Source of the DNA: Candidatus Bathyarchaeota archaeon
GTDB taxonomy: Archaea; Thermoproteota; Bathyarchaeia; TCS64
Reading direction: 5' to 3'
Assembly (NCBI GenBank): GCA_013329615.1
Contig: DUKA01000032.1
Span: 1 to 32,014, forward strand
DNA: 32,014 bases
Every line of letters starts with the position of its first letter. The stretch's first letter is position 1. Position numbers and translations under genes: made by a program. Below are positions 8,366-17,080 of the stretch, in pieces. Below the pieces are notes generated by a model, which saw only the letters and a program-made list of their open reading frames with translations, did not search any database and was not told where the DNA came from.

Positions 8366-9217
8366 CTAAGTAGTCAGGCGCTCAGTTTCTTGTCCCGGCT
8401 TCGCCCCCGCGCAGAGGACGTAGCCGATGTATTTGCTCGTCTCCTTGTTCCTCAGTAGCGTCTTCTTGGCGCCACTCAAGGCGGCAAATTTCTTCCGCAT
8501 CTTGCCGCTCCTCAGAGAGTAGATGAGCACCTTCCAGAGTGCACCGGCTAGCTTACCCCATCCGCTGAAGGCTTCGATGACGCCCTCTGAGTAGGGGCTC
8601 TCATTCGCGTTGGGGTGCTCTTCCAGCGTGACGTCGGTGAAGCCGGATGCTTTGAAGGCTTGACTCCAAATCTCGGGGCTGCGGAGGGTAAATGGCAGCT
8701 TGGTGAGTTCGCAGAACGCCTTCTCGCTCGCGTTTACCTGCCCCTTGGCTTCGGGGGGCACTCCCTCGGCGCGGTACATCTCGTTGACTCCTAGTCGGCC
8801 TCCGTCCACGAGGACCCTGCCGAACTCGGGGAACGCCCTTGCGGGGTCGAGGAACTGACTGACGAAGACCGTAACAACCACGTCAAAGGAAGCGTCCGGG
8901 AAGTGGAGGCGGTAGGCATCCCCTATCTTGAAGGAGACTCGGTCGGTCAGTCCGCGCCTTTGGGCGCGTCTCGTGGCCTCGAGCACCATGCGCTCGGCGA
9001 TGTCCACACCCACGACTGTGCACCCGTATCGTTCGGCGAGGTAGCAGGCGTTCCCGCCCGTGCCGCAGCCGACGTCGAGTACCCTCGTCCCAGCGCCTAT
9101 GTGGCACATCTCGGCGAGCCGATCCATGCTCACCTGACCTCCTATGTTGAAGAAGGGGATGCCGATGTAGCCCATGAAGTCGTAGTAGCCGAGGTTCTCC
9201 ACCTCTTGGATGCTCAA
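8366..9217 (-). CDS. Class I SAM-dependent methyltransferase
   Basis: 283 aa. It has the SAM motif I VLDVGCGTGG and an acidic post-I residue (VGVDI). The track start is a TTG; an alternative ATG at 9175 is possible. Confidence 0.8.
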   Translation of the reverse strand: MSIQEVENLGYYDFMGYIGIPFFNIGGQVSMDRLAEMCHIGAGTRVLDVGCGTGGNACYLAERYGCTVVGVDIAERMVLEATRRAQRRGLTDRVSFKIGDAYRLHFPDASFDVVVTVFVSQFLDPARAFPEFGRVLVDGGRLGVNEMYRAEGVPPEAKGQVNASEKAFCELTKLPFTLRSPEIWSQAFKASGFTDVTLEEHPNANESPYSEGVIEAFSGWGKLAGALWKVLIYSLRSGKMRKKFAALSGAKKTLLRNKETSKYIGYVLCAGAKPGQETERLTT

Positions 9218-9334
9218 CTCGTCTGACGCGCCGCCTCCCCCCGTGCCTGAAATTTGGCTATCCTCTTACATCGACACTCGCTGAGCCGCGGTTTAGGGTT
9301 ATGGGTTATATCGCCCCGCAGCCACTCAAGAGTG

Positions 9335-10282
9335 ATGGCTCGCCTCGACTTCGGGTTACAGATCGAGCCCCAGTACGGGTTCAGCTACGAGGGCATCAGG
9401 GGAATCGCCGCGGAGGCGGAGGGGCTCGGCTTCGAGTCTCTCTGGGTCTCGGACCACTTCTTCATGACGCCGGAGTCGGTGGACACGTCTTGCCTTGAGT
9501 GCTGGACGACGCTCTCCGCCCTCGCCCGGGACACGAGGCGGCTGCGCCTCGGCGCCATGGTTGCCTCCCAGAGCTACAGGAACCCCGCCCTCGTGGCGAA
9601 GATGGCGGCCACAGTCGACAACATCAGCGGCGGGCGCCTCAACTTCGGAGTCGGCGCTGGGTGGAAGGACGTGGAGTACGCCGCCTACGGGTACCCGTTC
9701 CCGAGCCCCGACACGCGCATCAGGCAGCTCAACGACTCGCTGGAGATCGCGAAGAGGATGTGGACATTGGGAAGGGCCACGTACGAGGGCAAGTACTACA
9801 GCGTAAAGGACGCCCTCTGCGCCCCGAAGCCGGTCCAGAAGCCCCACCCGCCCATCTGGGTCGGCGGCACAGGCAGCTTCACACTCAAGATAGCGACGCG
9901 CCACGCCGAAGCCATCAACTTCGCGTGGACCATACCCACCCCACGATTCAAGGAGAAGCTCGACGAGTTCAGGGGCTACTGCGAGGCACGCGGCAGGGAC
10001 TACGCGGGCATACGCAAGTCCGCCGGCCTCATGATCACCATGGCAGAGAACGAGACCGCCCTAAAGGCGATGCTCCGCCGACGCGAAGCAAACAAGGATA
10101 CACCCTACGCCCAGTACCTCGGCAAGCAGCAGCCCAACCTCGTCGGCACAACCAAGCAAGTTGCCGCACGAATCAAGGAATACACGGCGCTCGGCGTCGA
10201 CCACTTCATCCTCAGGTTCCACTTCGGCGAGGAAATCGAGGGTATGAGGCTTTTCACCGAGAAGGTGAAGCCACACCTCTAG
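9335..10282 (+). CDS. LLM-class (luciferase-like) F420-dependent oxidoreductase
   Basis: MARLDFGLQ...AEGLGFESLWVSDHF...LGAMV...NISGGRLNFGVGAGW is the typical LLM signature. ATG 9335 is preferred over the track start 9254, and a TATA-like GTTATATC lies about 25 nt upstream. Confidence 0.85.
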   Translation: MARLDFGLQIEPQYGFSYEGIRGIAAEAEGLGFESLWVSDHFFMTPESVDTSCLECWTTLSALARDTRRLRLGAMVASQSYRNPALVAKMAATVDNISGGRLNFGVGAGWKDVEYAAYGYPFPSPDTRIRQLNDSLEIAKRMWTLGRATYEGKYYSVKDALCAPKPVQKPHPPIWVGGTGSFTLKIATRHAEAINFAWTIPTPRFKEKLDEFRGYCEARGRDYAGIRKSAGLMITMAENETALKAMLRRREANKDTPYAQYLGKQQPNLVGTTKQVAARIKEYTALGVDHFILRFHFGEEIEGMRLFTEKVKPHL

Positions 10283-10503
10283 ATTAATCCCAAACCACGT
10301 AAGACAGCGATCCCATTCATCGTTATGCCGTAGGATCTCCCACGCCCACTGTGGCGAGACACCAAACCATCCGGATGCCTCACAAGATCCTCGACAATAC
10401 CCTTACAATATGGCTTGAAAGGCTTCGAGAACTTCCGCCGGATCAGCTCCAGCGGCTGGTGGGCGTAGATGGAGCCACCGCATGCCTCATAGATGACCAA
10501 CAA
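10279..10503 (-). CDS. Hypothetical short ORF, possibly a gene remnant
   Basis: 74 aa. The only start in the open frame is a TTG; there is no ATG. Codon choice (CGG, CGT, GGT, TTA, ATT) is atypical for the neighbours. I recognise no family. It is followed by an AT-rich gap. Confidence 0.2.
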   Translation of the reverse strand: MLVIYEACGGSIYAHQPLELIRRKFSKPFKPYCKGIVEDLVRHPDGLVSRHSGRGRSYGITMNGIAVLRGLGLI

Positions 10504-10660
10504 CCCCGCAACGTGCTCCGGCTTCAGCGACCGCTAGACAAGCTAGATGCAACATCAACCATTTGTCATATAAATCTAATACTTAATAAACAGATAAAAA
10601 CTACTAAACTTATGTACTACTAAGTAAATATCTATTAATGAAGACTGAAGGGCGGTCAGA

Positions 10661-10924
10661 ATGGGGAAAGTGGCGGTCTCCAAGATAAAATACTTCAAGA
10701 AATCTGGGGCACGACTCTACATACCACAGAGCGTACTCGACGACCCGAATTGGCGCTTCAGCGACGGGGATCTGGTCAAGATCGAGGTGGGGAACCCGTC
10801 GATAAGCCTCAGTAAACCCGAGTGGTGGGAGATGCTCGACTGGAACGAGATGGCTGAGACATACAAACTTCTGCCCGAGGAGATACGTGAAAAGATCAGG
10901 AGCCGCGGGCTACTCAAGTCCTAG
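10661..10924 (+). CDS. Small hypothetical protein with an AbrB/SpoVT-like swapped-hairpin N-terminus
   Basis: 87 aa with an ATG start and host-like codon usage. ARLYIPQSVLDD...FSDGDLVKIEV resembles the (V/I)xIPKxxxxxLxLxxGDxVxIEV AbrB/MazE pattern. Confidence 0.5.
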   Translation: MGKVAVSKIKYFKKSGARLYIPQSVLDDPNWRFSDGDLVKIEVGNPSISLSKPEWWEMLDWNEMAETYKLLPEEIREKIRSRGLLKS

Positions 10925-11682
10925 CCGATCACGATCTTGTTCGGGTCTAGCTCCTCACGCAGGAGGCGTAACTCCTCGGCGCTCGGCATCTCCGTCACCG
11001 GGACATGGTCGGGGATGATGAGTTTAAAACCCGTGTTGTCGACCACGTCCTTCACCGAGACGCCGGGATGGGTGGAGACGAGCACCATCCTCTTCGACTC
11101 GGGGTCGAATCCCATGACGCCGAGCTGTGTTATGACGCGGTATGGGCCTGTATTGCGTGGTAGACCCGCCTTCTCCCGTGAACCGGGTCCCAAGAGGTAG
11201 CCGGGGGTCGTGAGGTAGTCGAGTTTCTCGACGAACTTGCGGGTGTCCTGACGCATGAGTACTATTGTGCGCCAACAGAGGCTTCCGAGGTCGTTTGCGC
11301 CCCCGCTCCCGGGGAGGCGCGTCTTCGGATTTTCATGTTGCCCGATGCATGTGGTGTTGAGGTTGCCGTAGGCGTCTATCTGGGCGGCGCCGAGGAAGCC
11401 GTAGTCGATGTGGCCGAGCTGGGCGCAGCTCATCACGTAGTCCATGCTCGCCGCCATCACCGCCTTGTGGAAGGTGCGGCTGTCGCCGACGCTGATGGGT
11501 ATCGCGGGGATCTTGGGGCCGACGCCGCCGGCCTCGAAGACGACTAGCAGGTTCGGTGCGTGCGTCCTCTGGGCGAGCATCGACGCTATTATTGGGAGGC
11601 CGGTGCCGACGAAGACGGATTTTCCGTCCTCCAGCACGCGGGACGCGGCGCTTGCCATCAACTCGGTGGGATTGTACGCCAT
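10921..11682 (-). CDS. CoA-transferase subunit B (glutaconate / 3-oxoacid CoA-transferase beta family)
   Basis: The protein begins MAYNPTELMASAASRVL.DGKSVFVGTGLP and contains the EAGGVGP block. ATG 11682 is preceded by GAGGTGA and is preferred over GTG 11703. It lies 5 nt after subunit A. Confidence 0.85.
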   Translation of the reverse strand: MAYNPTELMASAASRVLEDGKSVFVGTGLPIIASMLAQRTHAPNLLVVFEAGGVGPKIPAIPISVGDSRTFHKAVMAASMDYVMSCAQLGHIDYGFLGAAQIDAYGNLNTTCIGQHENPKTRLPGSGGANDLGSLCWRTIVLMRQDTRKFVEKLDYLTTPGYLLGPGSREKAGLPRNTGPYRVITQLGVMGFDPESKRMVLVSTHPGVSVKDVVDNTGFKLIIPDHVPVTEMPSAEELRLLREELDPNKIVIG

Positions 11683-11687
11683 CACCG

Positions 11688-12659
11688 TCACCTCTTCGCC
11701 CACGGCGCCGAGAGCGGTTCCTCCAGCCTCTCAAGCCTCCGCAGGTAGCCCATCTTCTTCTCGCCACCGACGAGGGCGACGTACTCGGCGAAGTCCTCGA
11801 CGGGGTAGACGTACTTGTCGAGGTACTGTTTGACACCGTCCTCCGTCCTGCTCAGCGCGAGCCACTCCGCCATGTGCTCCTCGTCGCTGTAGTAGAGCAG
11901 CGGCATGTTTCCCGGGTGGCAGCCGTAGGGGACCTCGCAGACGGCGTCCACCATGTAGAAGGGGATCACCGTGCGATCCGGCGACGCCCTGATCTCGTCC
12001 TCGGACACGATCTCCTCGGTCGTAATTATGAGCCTCTTCGCCGCCATCGCCAACTCCTTATCCTCGATGACGGTGCCGTCGATCTGGCAGTTCCCGTACT
12101 TGTCGCAGCGGTGGACGTGTATGAATGCGAAGTCTGGGTAGCAGGCGGGGATTAGGCAGATGGGCTTTCCGGTGTAGGGGTCCTCCACGACCTTCGAGGA
12201 GCTGTACCTGAACGTGTCCGTACCCATCATTATGCGAGCGGGAAGCCACGGCAAACCCATGGAGGCCGCCTTGAACCTCCACTGGAAAGCCGCGTTGCTC
12301 AGCTCAGCCACCACCTTCACCTTGCCGCCCTCGACGGCGCGGCGCCCCGCGGGGCTAAGCCCACGGAGCTCGTGCCCGAAGGCGTAGGCGCACTCGACGC
12401 GGTCAACGACGCTTGATGCGATGAGAACGTCAACGTCGTGCACTGCGGTCTTGCCGGCGATGACGAGGTTGCGGCGCCTCTGCCGGATCATCTCGTAGAT
12501 GCCCGCCATGCTGACGCGTATGTGGCCGAAGCCGCCCATCGCGAGATAGCCGCCGTCGTAGGTGAACTTACTGACCGCCTCCTCTAGGGGCATCAGCTTG
12601 TCGGTGAGCATCCTGCTCTTCTTTGTCGCCATCCAGTCCCTTGCGTCATCGGGGTCCAT
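11688..12659 (-). CDS. CoA-transferase subunit A (glutaconate CoA-transferase alpha family)
   Basis: 323 aa. KLMPLEEAVSKFTYDGGYLAMGGFG is the typical family I CoA-transferase alpha N-terminus. It is followed directly by the beta subunit. Confidence 0.85.
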   Translation of the reverse strand: MDPDDARDWMATKKSRMLTDKLMPLEEAVSKFTYDGGYLAMGGFGHIRVSMAGIYEMIRQRRRNLVIAGKTAVHDVDVLIASSVVDRVECAYAFGHELRGLSPAGRRAVEGGKVKVVAELSNAAFQWRFKAASMGLPWLPARIMMGTDTFRYSSSKVVEDPYTGKPICLIPACYPDFAFIHVHRCDKYGNCQIDGTVIEDKELAMAAKRLIITTEEIVSEDEIRASPDRTVIPFYMVDAVCEVPYGCHPGNMPLLYYSDEEHMAEWLALSRTEDGVKQYLDKYVYPVEDFAEYVALVGGEKKMGYLRRLERLEEPLSAPWAKR

Positions 12660-12687
12660 CCAGGCGAGTAGCTCGCCCTTGCCTTCT

Positions 12688-13074
12688 TCATGGACCTTCA
12701 GGCTTTGGCCCCTCCGCTGGCTTTGGTTCCTCTTCGGTGAAGAAGTTGAGGACGAGTAGGGCGAGTCTGTCGTTTCCCGGATTTACGAACCTGTGCCCCT
12801 CGTTCGATGGGATGGTGACCACCATGCCTCCCCTTATCTCCTGGAATGTGTCGCGGGTCTCGACTCTGCAGCGCCCGCTGAGGACCATGGCGATGTGCTC
12901 CCTTACGTGGCTGTGGAACGCCGTGTGGCCCCCCGGTTCGATGCGGAGCACTCGACTGCTGAACGCCTTCAGGTCCGTCCTCTTCAGCACAAGGTCTATG
13001 GAGTTGACGCCCTGAGCGCCGCTCTCCGCCTCGGGGACGCCGGGCTCCTCGCTGAGCTTCCTCACCCTGATCAT
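12688..13074 (-). CDS. Cupin domain protein
   Basis: 128 aa. IEPGGHTAFHSHVREH ... GHRFVNPG are cupin motifs 1 and 2. It lies 28 nt upstream of the CoA-transferase genes on the same strand. Confidence 0.8.
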   Translation of the reverse strand: MIRVRKLSEEPGVPEAESGAQGVNSIDLVLKRTDLKAFSSRVLRIEPGGHTAFHSHVREHIAMVLSGRCRVETRDTFQEIRGGMVVTIPSNEGHRFVNPGNDRLALLVLNFFTEEEPKPAEGPKPEGP

Positions 13075-13170
13075 TGATTACACCGATGAGGAAGCATGTG
13101 GGAGGCGCGCATTTCATACTTTGCATCCCCCGGTGAAGCATTTAACCGCCCCAAGTGGGAATCAACCACG

Positions 13171-14334
13171 GTGAGCACGGTGAGCCTCCTCATAGGCACC
13201 TCGGGGTGGAGCTACGACGAGTGGATAGGCCCATTCTACGACAAGAAGCAGGGCATGTTCACGAACTTCACCAAGGTCTTCCGCACGACGGAGATCAACA
13301 GCACCTTCTACAGCTACCCTACGGAGCGCCTGGTCGAGGGGTGGACACGCAACGCGCCTCCCGGATTCGTCTTCGCGGCGAAGCTCCCCCAACTCATCAC
13401 GCACGACAAGTGGCTGAAGCTGAGCGAGGGCGTCGAGGACGACATGTGGAGGTTCATCCACCTCATGCAGCCCCTCGCAGAGAAGCTGGGGCCGATACTC
13501 ATCCAGACGCGCCCCATGTTCACATACAAGGAGAGCGCCGGCGACCTCGAAAAGTTCCTCGAGATCCTCCCCAAGAACCACGAGTGGGCCATCGAGTTCC
13601 GCCACGACAGCTGGCTCAGAAAGGAGACTTTCAAGATGCTTGAGAAGAACAACGTCGCATACACGATTGTAGACGAGCCTTTGCTCCCCCCTGAGACTCA
13701 TGTGACGGCTGACTTCGCCTACATACGCTGGCACGGGCAGGGCAAGCGCCTCTGGTACGACTACGAGTACACGAAGCCCCAGCTCGAGGAGTGGAAGCCG
13801 AAGGTCGAGGAGGTAAGGGGGAAGGCGAAGAGGACCTACGGCTACTTCAACAACCATTTCAACGCCTCCGCGGTAAAGAACGCCATCGAATTGCTTCAGG
13901 GGATGAGTGGAGCCTCGCCAGAGCAAGAGACGGCGCTGGCGAAGATCAAGGATCACAGGGCGAGCGCCTTCCGCCCCGGCGGCGTGCAGCCCCTCGAAGC
14001 CTTCAAAGAGACGGAGGAGGGGTTGAGCGTGGCCGATCTGCTCATCCACTTCACCGACACGGGGCGGCTGGCACGCGCCGAGCAGATGCCCGAGGAGGTG
14101 AAGGTAACCCTGAGCAGTAAGGACCTCATCAAGGCGAGGATCAAGGATTACACGATTGAGGTGGACCTGTCCGGTAAGGTCCTGCGCCACGACTGCGACG
14201 ACTGGAAGAAAACTACGGACAGGAAGCGCATGTGTAAGCACGTCGACAAGTTCTTCCTAAGCCTCCCCCCGGGGCAGGCGCGTAAGATCCTAGAGAAGAT
14301 GTGGGTAGAGAAGGACGACTGGACCTTCGAGTGA
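13171..14334 (+). CDS. DUF72 (UPF0759) protein with a roughly 140-aa C-terminal extension containing a SWIM-like zinc-finger motif
   Basis: IGTSGWSYDEW...FYSYP...RWHG...FNNHF is the DUF72 signature. The C-terminus has YTIEVDLSGKVLRHDCDDW-x9-CKHVDKFFLSL. The frame is open from ATG 13096, but I prefer GTG 13171 or 13180 because DUF72 proteins start at the IGTSGW strand. An ATTTAA element lies about 26 nt upstream. Confidence 0.75.
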   Translation: MSTVSLLIGTSGWSYDEWIGPFYDKKQGMFTNFTKVFRTTEINSTFYSYPTERLVEGWTRNAPPGFVFAAKLPQLITHDKWLKLSEGVEDDMWRFIHLMQPLAEKLGPILIQTRPMFTYKESAGDLEKFLEILPKNHEWAIEFRHDSWLRKETFKMLEKNNVAYTIVDEPLLPPETHVTADFAYIRWHGQGKRLWYDYEYTKPQLEEWKPKVEEVRGKAKRTYGYFNNHFNASAVKNAIELLQGMSGASPEQETALAKIKDHRASAFRPGGVQPLEAFKETEEGLSVADLLIHFTDTGRLARAEQMPEEVKVTLSSKDLIKARIKDYTIEVDLSGKVLRHDCDDWKKTTDRKRMCKHVDKFFLSLPPGQARKILEKMWVEKDDWTFE

Positions 14335-14369
14335 TTCCCGTTAAATACTGAAGGACCATTTTTCTGTCT

Positions 14370-15830
14370 GTGTCACGTTTCCTCGCCTTCGACCTCGGTG
14401 CCTCCAGCGGCAGGACGATCCTAGGCGAGCTTGGGGACGACGACAGGCTCGGGGTTTCAGAGGTTCACAGGTTCCCAAACGGCGCGGTGGACATCGGGGG
14501 ACACCTTCACTGGGATGCGCCGAGGCTTCTTGGGGAGATTCATGAGGGCATGCGCCGATGCGGGGGCGATCCCGATGTAATAGGAATAGACACGTGGGGC
14601 GTTGACTACGCCCTGATCGATGCTAAGGGACGAACAGTGGGGGCTCCGTATGCCTACAGGGATCGGCGGACTGAGGGCGCCGTCGACTCCTTCGCGGGGA
14701 AGATGCCCCTCGACCGCCTCTACGAGCGCACCGGGATACAGGTACTCCCCTTCGACACTCTCTTCCAGCTTCACGCCGCGGCGAGGGATGAGCCCGGGTC
14801 GCTGCGCTCTGCCCGAAGCCTGCTCATGATGGCGGACCTCTTCAACTACCAGTTGACCGGCGTGGCGGCGTCCGAGTTCACTCTGGCGACGACCACCCAC
14901 ATCTACAATCCTCGGCTCCGTGGATGGGACGACGATATAATCTCTACCCTCGGTGTCCCTAGGCGACTCTTCCAAGAGATCGTGGAGCCCGGGACGATCC
15001 TAGGAGAGCTTACACCCGAGGCGCGTTCCTCGACCGGGTTGAGGAAAGTGCCAGTCGCCGCCGTTGCGTGCCACGACACCGGCTCCGCAGTTGCCGCGGT
15101 CCCAGCCGAAGGCACCGACTTCGCGTACATCAGCTCTGGGACGTGGAGCCTTATGGGGATGGAGTCGAGGGAGCCGGTGATAAACACGGTTTCAGCACGC
15201 AACAACGTGACCAACGAGGGCGGAGTCGGGCACACTTACAGGGTGCTGAAGAACATAGCTGGGCTCTGGCTCGTTCAGGAGTGCCGGAGGGCGTGGGGCG
15301 GCGGATACGGGTACGACGAACTAACCGCCCTCGCCGAGGCGGCGAAGCCCCACGTCGCGGTCATCGACCCTGACTGGCACGGGTTCCTCAACCCGCCGTC
15401 GATGCCCGACGCCATAGCCGACTACTGTAAGAAGACGAGGCAGAACACACCGTGTAACCACGGCGAAACGATACGCATAGCCCTCGAAGGCCTCGCCCTA
15501 GCCTACAGACACACGCTCCACCAGCTCGAAGAGGCCTCGGGGAAGAGGGTTGAGAGGATACACATCGTCGGCGGCGGGGCGCGTAACGGGCTGCTGAACC
15601 GCTTCGCCACGGACGCTACAGGCAGGCGCGTATACGCAGGCCCGGCCGAGGCCACAGCCATAGGCAACCTGCTGGTCCAAGCCATGGCGACAGGCCGCGT
15701 GAGGGACCTCAACCACATAAGAAGTATAGTAAGGGGCTCAACTGAGATAGCCGAGTACGAGCCCGGAGAAGCCGGGGCTTGGGACGAAGCCTACGAGAAG
15801 TTCAGGGAACTGAAGGAGACGATGATTTGA
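14370..15830 (+). CDS. rhaB: Rhamnulokinase (FGGY carbohydrate kinase family)
   Basis: 486 aa with a GTG start. FLAFDLGASSGRTILGEL...HRFPN...WD is the rhamnulokinase N-terminus, and FGGY C-terminal motifs (HIVGGGARN) are present. It lies immediately upstream of rhaA. Confidence 0.9.
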   Translation: MSRFLAFDLGASSGRTILGELGDDDRLGVSEVHRFPNGAVDIGGHLHWDAPRLLGEIHEGMRRCGGDPDVIGIDTWGVDYALIDAKGRTVGAPYAYRDRRTEGAVDSFAGKMPLDRLYERTGIQVLPFDTLFQLHAAARDEPGSLRSARSLLMMADLFNYQLTGVAASEFTLATTTHIYNPRLRGWDDDIISTLGVPRRLFQEIVEPGTILGELTPEARSSTGLRKVPVAAVACHDTGSAVAAVPAEGTDFAYISSGTWSLMGMESREPVINTVSARNNVTNEGGVGHTYRVLKNIAGLWLVQECRRAWGGGYGYDELTALAEAAKPHVAVIDPDWHGFLNPPSMPDAIADYCKKTRQNTPCNHGETIRIALEGLALAYRHTLHQLEEASGKRVERIHIVGGGARNGLLNRFATDATGRRVYAGPAEATAIGNLLVQAMATGRVRDLNHIRSIVRGSTEIAEYEPGEAGAWDEAYEKFRELKETMI

Positions 15831-17080
15831 ACGTGGATAGGGCATACGAACTCGCCGAGGAGGCGTATTCCGACCTAGGCGTAGACGTCGAGGCCGCCAT
15901 GCGCAGGCTGGCTGCGAAGAGCATCTGCCTCCAGTGCTGGCAGGGGGACGACGTGGCGGGCTTCGAGAGGCCCGGCGCCGCCCTAACGGGAGGCATCATG
16001 GCGACAGGCAACTACCCCGGCAAGGCGAGGAATGTCGCCGAGCTGCGCAGCGACTTAGAGACCGCGATGAACCTCATAGCCGGCCCACACAGGGTGAACC
16101 TCCACGCCACGTACGGCGAGTTCAAGAAAAAGGTTGATAGGGACGAGGTTGAGCCCGAGCACTTCGACGGCTGGGTACAGTGGGCGAAGGAGCACAAACT
16201 AGGGCTGGACTTCAACGCCACCGTCTTCTCCCACCCCAAGTCGGACAACGGGTTCACCCTCAGCAGCAAGGACCCCGAGATACGCAGCTTCTGGGTGGAG
16301 CACGTCAAACACACGCGCACCGTCTCCGCCTACATCGGCGGTCGCCTCGGCACGCCCTGCATACACGACCTCTGGATACCCGACGGAATGAAGGACAACA
16401 CCGTGGACAGGATCGGCTACAGGAGACTCCTCGCCGAGTCACTCGACGAGATATACGCCGTCAAACACCCCCGCGAGCACATCAAGGACACTGTGGAGTC
16501 GAAGCTCTTCGGTCTAGGCAGCGAGTGCTACGTGGTGGGCAGCCACGACTTCTACCTCGCCTACGCGCTGAGGCACGACCTGCTCGTCTGCATAGACATG
16601 GGGCACTACCACCCGACGGAGTCGATAGGAGACAAGCTGAGCGCCATACTCCTACACATGCCCGAGATGATGCTCCATGTCAGCCGCGGCGTACGCTGGG
16701 ACAGCGACCACGTGCCCGTAGTCGACGACCAACTGCGCGAGACCATGCTTGAGGTCGTCAGATGCGACTCCCTCGACAGGGTTCACCTCGCCCTCGACTA
16801 CTTCGACGCGAGCATAAACAGGGTCGCGGCGTGGGTCGTCGGCGCCCGGGCGACGCAGAAGGCGCTTCTGGGCGCGCTGCTTGAGCCACGTAAGATGCTT
16901 CTTGAGGCGGAGGAGGCGGGCGACTACACGGGGCGCCTCGCGCTGCTTGAGGAGGCGAAGGTGCTGCCACTCGGCGCGGTCTGGAACAAGTTCTGCGAGG
17001 AGCAGGGAGTCCCCTCGGACCGCGAGTGGATGACAGTGATCAGGAAGTACGAGAAGGCGGTCCAGTCGAAGAGGCGTTAG
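15827..17080 (+). CDS. rhaA: L-rhamnose isomerase
   Basis: The sequence is collinear with E. coli RhaA as I remember it. Shared blocks include CWQGDDVxGFE, TGNYPGKARN, WIPDGMKD, LHVSRxVRWDSDHV, DFFDASINR and GDYTxRLALLEE. TTG 15827 overlaps the rhaB stop (ATTTGA) and follows a GGAGA element. GTG 15833 is an alternative start, and the track ORF opens at 15779. Confidence 0.9.
   Translation: MNVDRAYELAEEAYSDLGVDVEAAMRRLAAKSICLQCWQGDDVAGFERPGAALTGGIMATGNYPGKARNVAELRSDLETAMNLIAGPHRVNLHATYGEFKKKVDRDEVEPEHFDGWVQWAKEHKLGLDFNATVFSHPKSDNGFTLSSKDPEIRSFWVEHVKHTRTVSAYIGGRLGTPCIHDLWIPDGMKDNTVDRIGYRRLLAESLDEIYAVKHPREHIKDTVESKLFGLGSECYVVGSHDFYLAYALRHDLLVCIDMGHYHPTESIGDKLSAILLHMPEMMLHVSRGVRWDSDHVPVVDDQLRETMLEVVRCDSLDRVHLALDYFDASINRVAAWVVGARATQKALLGALLEPRKMLLEAEEAGDYTGRLALLEEAKVLPLGAVWNKFCEEQGVPSDREWMTVIRKYEKAVQSKRR

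Noticed and set aside
9356-10287. Alternative-frame and antisense ORFs (9356..9904 -, 9499..10287 +, 9495..9806 +) over the LLM oxidoreductase gene
   Set aside because: The translations are Arg/Pro/Gly-rich and low-complexity. The LLM frame carries clear family motifs, so these are compositional artefacts.
11333-12155. ORFs 11333..11836 (-), 11444..11833 (+) and 11556..12155 (+) across the CoA-transferase genes
   Set aside because: They are Arg-rich nonsense-like translations overlapping two confidently assigned genes.
13162-14241. 359-aa ORF antisense to the DUF72 gene
   Set aside because: It is a low-complexity Arg/Leu/Val/Glu-rich translation with no motifs. It lies entirely opposite a confidently assigned gene. 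Long antisense frames without stops are expected at this G+C content.
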